Shown here: positions 1 to 7,544 of the stretch, piece after piece | Numbering within the stretch: position 1 is the stretch's first letter | How the letters are laid out: the number at the start of each line of letters is the position of its first letter | DNA from: Candidatus Fraserbacteria bacterium | Lineage (GTDB): Bacteria; Bipolaricaulota; Bipolaricaulia; RBG-16-55-9 | Length of the DNA stretch: 16,107 nt | Reading direction: 5' to 3' | Assembly: GCA_037442925.1 (NCBI GenBank) | Contig: JBBIPG010000054.1 | Coordinates: forward strand, 1 to 16,107 | Position numbers and translations under genes: made by a program | The notes under the pieces: generated by a model | Databases searched by the model: none | The model's input: only the letters and a program-made list of their open reading frames with translations | Told to the model about the DNA's origin: nothing

Positions 1-186
1 CGCGCTATCCCCGGATCGAGCCCGCCCGGGCGTAGACACTACGCCCACAGCCGGTCAAGTGCGGGAGAATGCTATTCTGCAGGGCCTTTTACCTGCTTTC
101 TCGTGCCTACCTACTGTTCAACGCCGGTAAGTCTGTAAGTATGAATGTATGAAGGACGCACGAACCTAGGGCGAAGGGAGGTTTGT

Positions 187-459
187 ATGCCGCTGGTGAA
201 AGTGGGAGCACGTCACCAAGTGACCATCCCCAAGGAGATCGTCGAGCAGGTCAAGCTCAAGCCCGGTGATTACGTCGAAGTTGATCTTAAGGGCGGAAAG
301 ATCGTCATCGTGCCTAAGCAGATCATTGACCGTGAGGATGCCTGGTTCTGGTCAGAGGAGTGGCAGAAGATGGAGCGGGAAGCCGATGAAGCACTGGCCC
401 AAGGCGACTACAAAGAGTTCGAGAATGTCGAAGACTTAATTCGTGATCTAAATTCATGA
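187..459 (+). CDS. AbrB/MazE/SpoVT-family DNA-binding protein (type II antitoxin)
   Basis: N-terminal VKVGARHQVTIPKEIVEQVKLKPGDYVEV is the AbrB swapped-hairpin pattern, followed by an acidic WFWSEEWQKMEREAD tail. GGAGG at 177-181 favours ATG 187 over the ORF-track start at 145. Confidence 0.9.
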   Translation: MPLVKVGARHQVTIPKEIVEQVKLKPGDYVEVDLKGGKIVIVPKQIIDREDAWFWSEEWQKMEREADEALAQGDYKEFENVEDLIRDLNS

Positions 460-574
460 AGATCCGCCGAAGCGGACCCTTCCAAATCGCTTCACCTTTC
501 AAATGGAGAAAAACGTAATCATTCTACGTCGAGCCGGTGCCCACGGTGCCATGGAGCGTCCAGAACGATGGTAA
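456..574 (+). pseudogene. RelE/ParE-superfamily toxin remnant (internal deletion plus frameshift)
   Basis: ATG 456 overlaps the antitoxin stop (ATGA) and reads MKIRRSGPF, a RelE-like N-terminus, then stops at 516-518. A different frame from 488 reads RFTFQMEKNVIILRRAGAHGAMERPERW* (stop 572-574), a typical RelE-like C-terminus. The middle of the gene is missing. Confidence 0.75.
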
Positions 575-630
575 GCCGGAATTGACACGGCAATTCCCCT
601 CATTGCCATTTGAAGACATCCTGAGTAGAG

Positions 631-674
631 AACACAAAAAGAACCCACCGGCTGTTGCACACAACCGGTGGGTC
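631..674 (-). terminator. Intrinsic terminator of the 700..1911 gene
   Basis: ACCCACCGG/CCGGTGGGT inverted repeat at 643-673, followed on the minus strand by TCTTTTTGTGTT. Confidence 0.85.
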
Positions 675-699
675 GATTCCTGACTGTGTAGGTGGTCTG

Positions 700-1911
700 T
701 TATTCAGGCAATGTCGTAACGTATGTAATGAGCGGCAACGAGCCTGGAACAGCGATGACCAGCTGGAGCGGGCCCGTATTCCGATCTATGACGCAGACGT
801 TGGTCCCACGATCCTTTGTGTTTCCGCTCTCAGAAGCGAAGTAGCGGGCCCAGGAGGCGATAGCTGCCACCCCTGCATGACTGTCCAAGAAGGCGTTAGC
901 GAGCGAGTAGGCTGCTAGATCGCCTAAGGTGTTGGTGACGGGGTCGCAGTCTGCGGGATCTGCCTTGACTTCCTTCTCGATTCGCAGGCCGGCGGCCCAG
1001 GCGTTGGCCAGAGCCAATTCCGTGCTGTCGTCGGCGGCGGCCAAAAGGGTCGATAACCCGGTTCTGCTCTTGGCGAGTAGGTCAGCTAGATCGTGAACAG
1101 CCGCCAGTCGGAGTTCAGCACTGCCACCGTTTGAGGCCACCGCGCTCAGGGCAGCGACCGTCTTAGGCGTACAGTCGCTTCGGAAGACGTAGGCCTTGCC
1201 AGCAGCCCAGCGGGACTCGACCGTTGCACCGTTCTCCGCCTGTGCGAGCAGGGCATCACAAGTGAGAGAGTCCCTCAGGACAGGCAGAGTGCGGAATCCG
1301 ATGTAGAAGCCGGTGGCGATGCTATCGGCCACTGCCAGGCGAATCGCCCGACTCCCACAGTTAATCGCAACACCTTCGACCCGGTTGCCCTGGTTGGTCA
1401 CAATCTTCCCATTGAGGCAGGTCTGGATTCTGTTGAAGGCTTCCGCTGCTCCACCGGGCACGGTGGTGAAGCCGTTGCGGATCTGGACGATGAGCGCTAG
1501 AGCGCGAATGTAGGCCCGCTCCGGCGTGAGGTTGGGCGTGGGATTTGCTATGGAATCGGCATAAGCTTGAGCCGTCCGAGCAGTGAGGGCTCCTAGTCCA
1601 CCGGGATTGACGTCACCGGAGCGCAGGATGCGGTCCACCTGGAGTTCGAGTCCCATCCGGCGGCCCTCGGGATTCCCGCAGGGGTGGACGCCATTAGCGG
1701 CGAAGAGGACACTGGAAGGTACTCGTTGGAAGGGATCAGTTGCCTTCCAGATTACGGACTGGACATCGCTGGCGGCGGCGGCAGCGAGCGGGTCGAAGTC
1801 TTGACACGCGATGTCCGCAAGTGAGCGAATTTGTGCTGATCCTGGAATAGTTAGCAACAAGGCCACGGCCAACAACATGAACCCTGCAAATACCACATAT
1901 TTTCGTGCCAT
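700..1911 (-). CDS. Secreted Ala-rich hypothetical protein with degenerate helical repeats
   Basis: 403-aa ORF with a Sec signal peptide (MARKYVVFAGFMLLAVALLLTIPGSA|Q) and AAGGAGG RBS. Recurring motifs SRAIRLAVA / VESRWAAG / SAELRLAA / STELALAN. Has its own promoter and terminator. Confidence 0.85.
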   Translation of the reverse strand: MARKYVVFAGFMLLAVALLLTIPGSAQIRSLADIACQDFDPLAAAAASDVQSVIWKATDPFQRVPSSVLFAANGVHPCGNPEGRRMGLELQVDRILRSGDVNPGGLGALTARTAQAYADSIANPTPNLTPERAYIRALALIVQIRNGFTTVPGGAAEAFNRIQTCLNGKIVTNQGNRVEGVAINCGSRAIRLAVADSIATGFYIGFRTLPVLRDSLTCDALLAQAENGATVESRWAAGKAYVFRSDCTPKTVAALSAVASNGGSAELRLAAVHDLADLLAKSRTGLSTLLAAADDSTELALANAWAAGLRIEKEVKADPADCDPVTNTLGDLAAYSLANAFLDSHAGVAAIASWARYFASESGNTKDRGTNVCVIDRNTGPLQLVIAVPGSLPLITYVTTLPE

Positions 1912-2039
1912 CTCTTTGACCTCCTTAGTCAGAGTTGGATACGTCTTGGACGTTATCGTCCGATCTTATCTTGCACCCTGGGCTTTTTTTTGAAACCACC
2001 CCCTCTACGTCTATAGCTCTCGTGCGATACTTTGGGCTT

Positions 2040-2068
2040 ATATTAACATGCTTTTCTTTGCTTGTCAA
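2040..2068 (-). promoter_or_regulatory. Sigma70-type promoter for the 700..1911 gene
   Basis: TTGACA (2068-2063), 17 nt ending in TGT (extended -10), TAATAT (2045-2040). Confidence 0.75.
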
Positions 2069-2093
2069 GTGATTCGATGCTGGCCGCTGCTGG

Positions 2094-2122
2094 TTGAAAC
2101 TTTTGTCCTGCACCAGTAGTAT
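2094..2122 (+). promoter_or_regulatory. Divergent sigma70-type promoter for the 2156..2788 gene
   Basis: TTGAAA (2094-2099), 17 nt, TAGTAT (2117-2122). Confidence 0.6.
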
Positions 2123-2155
2123 ATGCTTCATAAATCAAGCGGAGGTGTTGTGGTC

Positions 2156-2788
2156 ATGAGGAAGGGCTATTGGGTTGTAGGGGTAGGTATATTCTGCGCA
2201 CTGGCCTTGACTGCCTGGAGCCAGCAGACGGCGTCCACTGCCTCTCAGCTGCAAAAACTGGTGATCAACGAGAGCGAAGTCAAGGCCGCGCTCGGTCCGG
2301 ATTGGCGGTTCCAAGTCAAGCTCGATCTCAACGATAAACCGCCGAACTCCATCACCGCAGCTCTCATCTACGGCAACACGCAGACGTCCATGATGGCGGC
2401 ACTCTTCCAGTTCAACGAGGAAAGCCAGGCGCATGACTTCTTCGCCGCTCCGCTCACGGATGCTGACAAGATCCTAGCGCGGGAGAATCAAGATACGCTC
2501 AATGAGGCGTTCAAGGTAAGCCAGAACCAGGGGGCGGCCGAAGTGGAACTGGTCAAGATCCGCCTGGGCGTAGTTGAGGCTCTAAGCGCCGATGAGCAGC
2601 AACTGGTCCTACGCTTCCGCGTTGGGCGGACCGTCGCTAAGCTCGCCATTCGACTGTGCATTCCAGAGCACTTCGATGCGGCCTCGAGTACCCTGGTTCC
2701 GTATGTGTGCTTTGATGAGGCAAGGCTCAAGGAAGGCTTGATCAAAGCCGGGCAGAAGCAGCTGGAGGTTCTGTTCTCCGGTCGCTGA
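2156..2788 (+). CDS. Secreted hypothetical protein
   Basis: GGAGGTG RBS before ATG 2156; signal peptide MRKGYWVVGVGIFCALALTAWS|QQ; 210 aa; no family recognised. Confidence 0.8.
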   Translation: MRKGYWVVGVGIFCALALTAWSQQTASTASQLQKLVINESEVKAALGPDWRFQVKLDLNDKPPNSITAALIYGNTQTSMMAALFQFNEESQAHDFFAAPLTDADKILARENQDTLNEAFKVSQNQGAAEVELVKIRLGVVEALSADEQQLVLRFRVGRTVAKLAIRLCIPEHFDAASSTLVPYVCFDEARLKEGLIKAGQKQLEVLFSGR

Positions 2789-2894
2789 GCGTGTTGTCCG
2801 TCAGAGCCGGGAAGCGCTTAGGGTTCTCATCTCCCCCTTTACCCTCCGCGTCTGTCAGAGTTCTCTGTCACGCTTTATAATGAAGTCAGACTAC

Positions 2895-2924
2895 TTGCAC
2901 AGGAGGGAGACCTCTGTGTACAAT
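2895..2924 (+). promoter_or_regulatory. Putative sigma70 promoter for the ABC binding-protein gene
   Basis: TTGCAC (2895-2900), 18 nt, TACAAT (2919-2924). A second TATAAT lies at 2876-2881. Confidence 0.5.
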
Positions 2925-3079
2925 AAGGGCAAATGGCTCAGAAAACGAGCTGTAGTCCCTTAGAAGAGGAGGTGGTAGCCAGCTCTAGCGGACCAAAAAA
3001 GCTGCCCTTCCTTATCTAGCGAGGGGTAGCAAGAGGAGCATATTCATCGAATTATCTCTTATAAAAGGGGGAGATAAGA

Positions 3080-5083
3080 TTGAATCGTCTCATAACTTTC
3101 GTGCTTGCTTTGTTAGTGGTTGGGTTGCTGGGGGTAGCCGGTTTCGCCCAGCCACCTGCGGAGCCTCTGGTAGCCTTGGACTGTGCTGACACCGAGGACG
3201 CTTTCGATTGTCCTTCCGTCAAGGGTGGCACCTACAGCTTCGCGATCATCGCCAGCCCGAGCACCCTGAATCCCGTCACAGCGGAAGATACGGCATCCCT
3301 CTCCATTCAGGACCAGTTCCTGGGCACCTTCTTTACGGCTTATAGCTTGCTAGGCACCGGAGCAGGGGAAGGCAACGCTGCCTCCTTGATCGAGCTAAGT
3401 CAAGACGGTTTGACGGTGACCGCTACCCTGCGCAACGGACTACAGTTCTCCGATGGCTCGCCGGTAACCGTTGATGACGTCCTATACTGGTACAACAACG
3501 TCGTGCAGAATCCCAATCTGCCCAACAGTTTCCAGGACGCGTTCCTCTGCACCGACGGCACACCCTTCCAAGTAACCTCTCCGGCAGCCAACCAGATCCA
3601 AATCCAGTGTTCAGGAGCGCCATTCCGCACGTACATCGGCCTTGCGGCCGGGCAGCTGGTGCTCTCCAAGCAGATGGCGCTGGATCTGATCGCAGCCCAG
3701 AACGTGCCAGTCGCCGAGACGAACGACTTTGGTCCCGTTCCCGCTGAGGAGTTCCTGGGCTTGGGCGCTCCGCTTGACCTGCTCCGCGGCCTGGGACCCT
3801 ACACGATGACCAGCTTCGCTTCTGACTCATTGGCCACCTACGCGCCCAACCCCTTCTTCTACGAGACAGACTCCAACGGCACTCAGCTGCCGTATCTGGC
3901 TGAGGTGCGCATCATCATCATCCCGACGGCCGGACTCAACCTCTCCTTGACCCAGTTCCTCAACGGCAACACGCAAGTCTATGGACCTCGTCCGCAGGAC
4001 ATCTCGGTCATCTTCAGCCGTGCGGCCCAGGGTGGCTTCCGGGTGAACGAGGACATCAACGATGGCACTCCGGTGACGGGAGAGACCTTCATCACACCCA
4101 ACTTCGTGGACACCAACCCCGATCTTGCTGCGGCAGCACGCAACAGCAAGGTGCGCAGAGCGCTGCACCTAGCACTCGACCGAGCGACGATGTTCCAGAA
4201 CGTGCTATTGGGAATTGGAACGCCGCAGTACAACCCGGTCTCGATTCCGACCAACTTCTTCAACGGGCGGAACAACGACTGCACGGCGTTCATCAATGCT
4301 GGTATCGCAACATCAGCAAACTGCAGTGGCACGACGTGGACTACGGCCTCTGGGGCAGTGTACAACGTTACCTTCCTGCCTAAGCCGGCGAACGACGCGG
4401 CGATCCAGCAATTGAAGTGTCTGGACGACTTCGACGGATGTCTGGAAGCGGCCAAGGCCCTGCTGGATGAGGCCGGAGTCGTGGACACCGATGGCGATGG
4501 GGTGCGCAACATTCCGGCCAGCATTGGCGGCTCCGGTGCCAACTTCGTCACCCAGATCGTGACCAACACGGGGAACACCATTCGTGAGGCCTTCAGCCAG
4601 ATCGCCTGCGACGGCTGGAACGCGATCGGGGTGCGCTGTCAGGCGACGACGACTTCGTTCCCGACTCTGGTGGACCAGTTGCTCTCAGGCAATTTCACGG
4701 GGAACATCCTGATCGGCTTGACGGGAGGAGACCCGGCGGGAGCGGTCAACGTGGTGCCCTGTGGAACAGCGTTGCACCTCTACCACGTGACGTGTGATCC
4801 GAGCGCGACGAGTGGACCGAACGCACAGACGGCGGACGACAAGGCGTTGGAAGAGATCTGGATACAGGGCTTCCAGGCGGTGGATGTAGAGGGAGCGCAG
4901 GCAGCCTTTGACCAGTACCAGGAGCTGTTTGCGCAGCTTGTGCCCTACTTCCACTTGGCAGCGGGGAACGGCCTGTATGCGCAGCGGATCGACCAGCTGG
5001 CCAACACGGGCCGCGCGACGAACGGCAACACGGACGTGATGTACCGCTGCGATCTCGCTGGCCAATCGCCCGCTTGTCCGTAA
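3080..5083 (+). CDS. ABC transporter substrate-binding protein, family 5 (OppA/DppA-like)
   Basis: Motifs GGTYSFAIIASPSTLNP, TATLRNGLQFSDGSPVTVDDV, GLGPY, NPFFY...QLPYL, KVRRALHLALDR, AKALLDEAG. TTG start with GGGGGAG RBS. Non-lipoprotein signal peptide (GFA|Q). Confidence 0.92.
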   Translation: MNRLITFVLALLVVGLLGVAGFAQPPAEPLVALDCADTEDAFDCPSVKGGTYSFAIIASPSTLNPVTAEDTASLSIQDQFLGTFFTAYSLLGTGAGEGNAASLIELSQDGLTVTATLRNGLQFSDGSPVTVDDVLYWYNNVVQNPNLPNSFQDAFLCTDGTPFQVTSPAANQIQIQCSGAPFRTYIGLAAGQLVLSKQMALDLIAAQNVPVAETNDFGPVPAEEFLGLGAPLDLLRGLGPYTMTSFASDSLATYAPNPFFYETDSNGTQLPYLAEVRIIIIPTAGLNLSLTQFLNGNTQVYGPRPQDISVIFSRAAQGGFRVNEDINDGTPVTGETFITPNFVDTNPDLAAAARNSKVRRALHLALDRATMFQNVLLGIGTPQYNPVSIPTNFFNGRNNDCTAFINAGIATSANCSGTTWTTASGAVYNVTFLPKPANDAAIQQLKCLDDFDGCLEAAKALLDEAGVVDTDGDGVRNIPASIGGSGANFVTQIVTNTGNTIREAFSQIACDGWNAIGVRCQATTTSFPTLVDQLLSGNFTGNILIGLTGGDPAGAVNVVPCGTALHLYHVTCDPSATSGPNAQTADDKALEEIWIQGFQAVDVEGAQAAFDQYQELFAQLVPYFHLAAGNGLYAQRIDQLANTGRATNGNTDVMYRCDLAGQSPACP

Positions 5084-5100
5084 CACCCGATCAGCGAAAG

Positions 5101-5186
5101 CCTCATAGGCCGTAGGGCTTATGAGGAAGGAGTGAGAAACGAGACAAGGGAGCGCGAAGCTCGAGGAGAGTGACGTGCTCCCTTGT
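5101..5186 (+). terminator. Two strong hairpins after the binding-protein gene (terminator or mRNA stabiliser)
   Basis: CCTCATAGGCC-GTAG-GGCTTATGAGG (5101-5126) and ACAAGGGAGCGCG...CGTGCTCCCTTGT (5144-5186), followed by only a short T run. Confidence 0.6.
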
Positions 5187-5296
5187 GCTTTACCGGTGTC
5201 AGACCAGAGAGCTTGCAGGGTATAATGTAGGCGGTTATCATCGAGATGTTTTTACATTGGGCTGTCATTGCTTCAGCAGCAGAAGGGAGATGAAGC

Positions 5297-6331
5297 ATGT
5301 TCGCGTTTGTGGGGAGAAGATTCCTCTACATGATACCCATTCTTTTCATTGTCACGCTGGTCATCTTCCTTCTGATGTACTTCCAGCCCGGAAATATCGT
5401 GGATAAGATGTGTGGACTGAGCTGCCCGAAAGAACTACGGGCGGAACTCGAAAAGAAATATGGTCTCGACCGGCCGTGGTATGAGCAGTATGGCAAGTGG
5501 ATCGCTGGAGTTTTACCGATTGCCGTCTCTACAGAATCTCCCTATGTGCAGTTCAAAGAGCCGGATTTCGGCTGGTCGCCGGGGCGAACGATGCCTGCCT
5601 GGCAAGCACTCATCGGCGAGAGCCGCTGGGTCTACACCCTGTTGCTGGTAGGCGTCGGCATGTTGTTCAGCTGGGCCATCGCGGTTCCCATCGGGATCTA
5701 CTCTGCTACTCACAAATATTCTGCAGCGGACCATTCGTTCACCTTCTTGGGCTTCCTAGGGCTATCCGTCCCCAATTTCATCCTCGCCTTGATATTCTTC
5801 TGGTTGATGGTGGGAGTCGTTCGCGTCGGAAGCATCGACCCGTTCTTTCAGGTGGGGGGCTTCTGGAATCCGGAATGCCAGGGAAAACCCCTGACTCTGT
5901 ACTGCGGCCTGAACTTCGTATGGCACTTCATCCCTCCCGTGCTCATCCTCACAGCCGCCAATACCGCCGCCATCATTCGATATATGCGAGGCAGCCTGCT
6001 GGATGTGCTGGATATGGAGTACGTCCAGACGGCGCGTGCCAAGGGTCTGGCGGAGCGAGTGGTGATCTACAAGCACGCAGTACGTAATGCGATCAACCCG
6101 TTGATCAGCATGCTGGGTTTCTGGATCCCGATGATGCTGGAGGGCGCGTTGATCATCGCTTGGGTCTTCAACCTGCCGCAGATCGAGAGGAGCTTCCTCG
6201 AAGCGATTGAGAATCAGGATAACACGGTGGTCATGACGGGTCTCTTCGTCTTCAGCCTCATCCTGCTCGTGGGCAACCTGATTGCGGACATCCTGCTCGC
6301 TCTATCAGACCCCAAGATCCGCTATGACTGA
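5297..6331 (+). CDS. Peptide ABC transporter permease (OppB/DppB-like)
   Basis: RRFLYMIP N-terminus, YGLDRPWYEQY, EAA-loop region EYVQTARAKGLAERVVIYKHAVRNA, C-terminal DPKIRY. Confidence 0.95.
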   Translation: MFAFVGRRFLYMIPILFIVTLVIFLLMYFQPGNIVDKMCGLSCPKELRAELEKKYGLDRPWYEQYGKWIAGVLPIAVSTESPYVQFKEPDFGWSPGRTMPAWQALIGESRWVYTLLLVGVGMLFSWAIAVPIGIYSATHKYSAADHSFTFLGFLGLSVPNFILALIFFWLMVGVVRVGSIDPFFQVGGFWNPECQGKPLTLYCGLNFVWHFIPPVLILTAANTAAIIRYMRGSLLDVLDMEYVQTARAKGLAERVVIYKHAVRNAINPLISMLGFWIPMMLEGALIIAWVFNLPQIERSFLEAIENQDNTVVMTGLFVFSLILLVGNLIADILLALSDPKIRYD

Positions 6332-7538
6332 TAGCGTAGCCCCTGTAACCGTAGAAGAGCTTGCACCGAAGCAAAAGGCGGAATTCGCTTATCAGCCGAT
6401 CTCTCAAGGGCGCTTGATTTGGCGCCGCTTCACGCGGCACAGGTTGGGGTTTACGGGCTTTTTTGTGGTCGCCTTTCTGGTGGTGGTCTTTGCCTTCGCA
6501 GAGTTCATCAGTCCTTATAATTATACGCAAGCGCATAGCCTCTGGCCCTATGTCCCCCCCATGATCACACGGGTCCATTTCGACGGGCTTCAGCCGTTTG
6601 TCTATGGCTTAGTGAAGAAGCAACAAGGCTGCGTCAACTACGGCAGCCGATGCCAACCGCAGCCTGGCGTCTGGGAGTACACGGAAGACACAACTCAGAA
6701 GTACCCCATCCGCTTGTTCGTGCGCGGCGAGCCGTACCATCTCTTCGGCGTCATCCCCACGGATGTTCACTTGTTTGGCACAGGAGAGCCAGCGAGATCC
6801 CCGGGACAGTTCTTCCTCTTCGGATCCGATGGCAATGGGCATGATCTCTTCTCGCAGATCCTCTTTGGGGGTCGCGTGACGATGGCGATTGCCCCGCTGG
6901 TGATCTTAGTCAGCTTCCTGTTGGGCACGACGATCGGTGGCCTCTCTGGCTACCTGAGTGGCCGAGTGGATACGTTCATCCAGCGCGTTGCGGAGATCTT
7001 CATGTCGCTGCCGCGGCTGGCTCTACTCTTGGCGCTGGCGGGCATCCTCACGCACCTGGGCTACATCCCGGCCATGGTGCGCTTCTGGAGTATCGTAGGG
7101 CTCTTGAGCATCGTGACGTGGGCTCCCATATCCCGAGTCATTCGTGGGCAGTTTCTGGCGCTACGGGAATCCGAATACACACAGGCTGCTCGCGCCATAG
7201 GAGCCGGCAACAGCCGCATCATCTTCCGTCACATCATGCCCAATATCATGAGCTATCTCATCGTGGCAGCCACCTTGGCCGTGCCGGATATGATCATTCT
7301 CGAGAGCATCCTGAGCTACCTCGGCTATGGGATTCAACACCCGCTCACGAGTTGGGGATACCTGCTCTACAGTTTTCAGGGGAGTGGCTTCTACTTTCAG
7401 ATCCAGTTCCACGCGTGGCTTCTGATCCCGGCGATCTTCATCGTCATTGCCGTGCTGGCCTTTAACTTCATGGGCGATGCCCTACGAGATGCGGTGGACC
7501 CATATACCGTAGCGGAAGTCAAGGAAGGCATGCGTTAA
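6324..7538 (+). CDS. Peptide ABC transporter permease (OppC/DppC-like)
   Basis: WRRFTRHRLG, FGSDGNGHDLFSQILFGGR, EYTQAARAIGAGNSRIIFRHIMPN, AFNFMGDALRDAVDP. ATG 6324 overlaps the upstream stop (ATGACTGA), suggesting translational coupling. Confidence 0.95.
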   Translation: MTDSVAPVTVEELAPKQKAEFAYQPISQGRLIWRRFTRHRLGFTGFFVVAFLVVVFAFAEFISPYNYTQAHSLWPYVPPMITRVHFDGLQPFVYGLVKKQQGCVNYGSRCQPQPGVWEYTEDTTQKYPIRLFVRGEPYHLFGVIPTDVHLFGTGEPARSPGQFFLFGSDGNGHDLFSQILFGGRVTMAIAPLVILVSFLLGTTIGGLSGYLSGRVDTFIQRVAEIFMSLPRLALLLALAGILTHLGYIPAMVRFWSIVGLLSIVTWAPISRVIRGQFLALRESEYTQAARAIGAGNSRIIFRHIMPNIMSYLIVAATLAVPDMIILESILSYLGYGIQHPLTSWGYLLYSFQGSGFYFQIQFHAWLLIPAIFIVIAVLAFNFMGDALRDAVDPYTVAEVKEGMR

Positions 7539-7544
7539 AAGAGC

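Noticed and set aside
28..46. Hairpin GGGCGTAG-ACA-CTACGCCC, considered as a REP or IS200 end
   Set aside because: It is a single copy with no transposase nearby. It may just overlap the stop (TAG 33-35) of an upstream gene that cannot be identified from this window.
1925..2131. 68-aa minus-strand ORF in the divergent intergenic region
   Set aside because: It runs across both promoters and the leader, with no RBS or protein-like features.
2933..3019. 28-codon uORF MAQKTSCSPLEEEVVASSSGPKKLPFLI at the predicted transcript start
   Set aside because: It has no regulatory codon runs and no support beyond its position, so an ORF this short can be chance. It would need ribosome profiling or conservation data.
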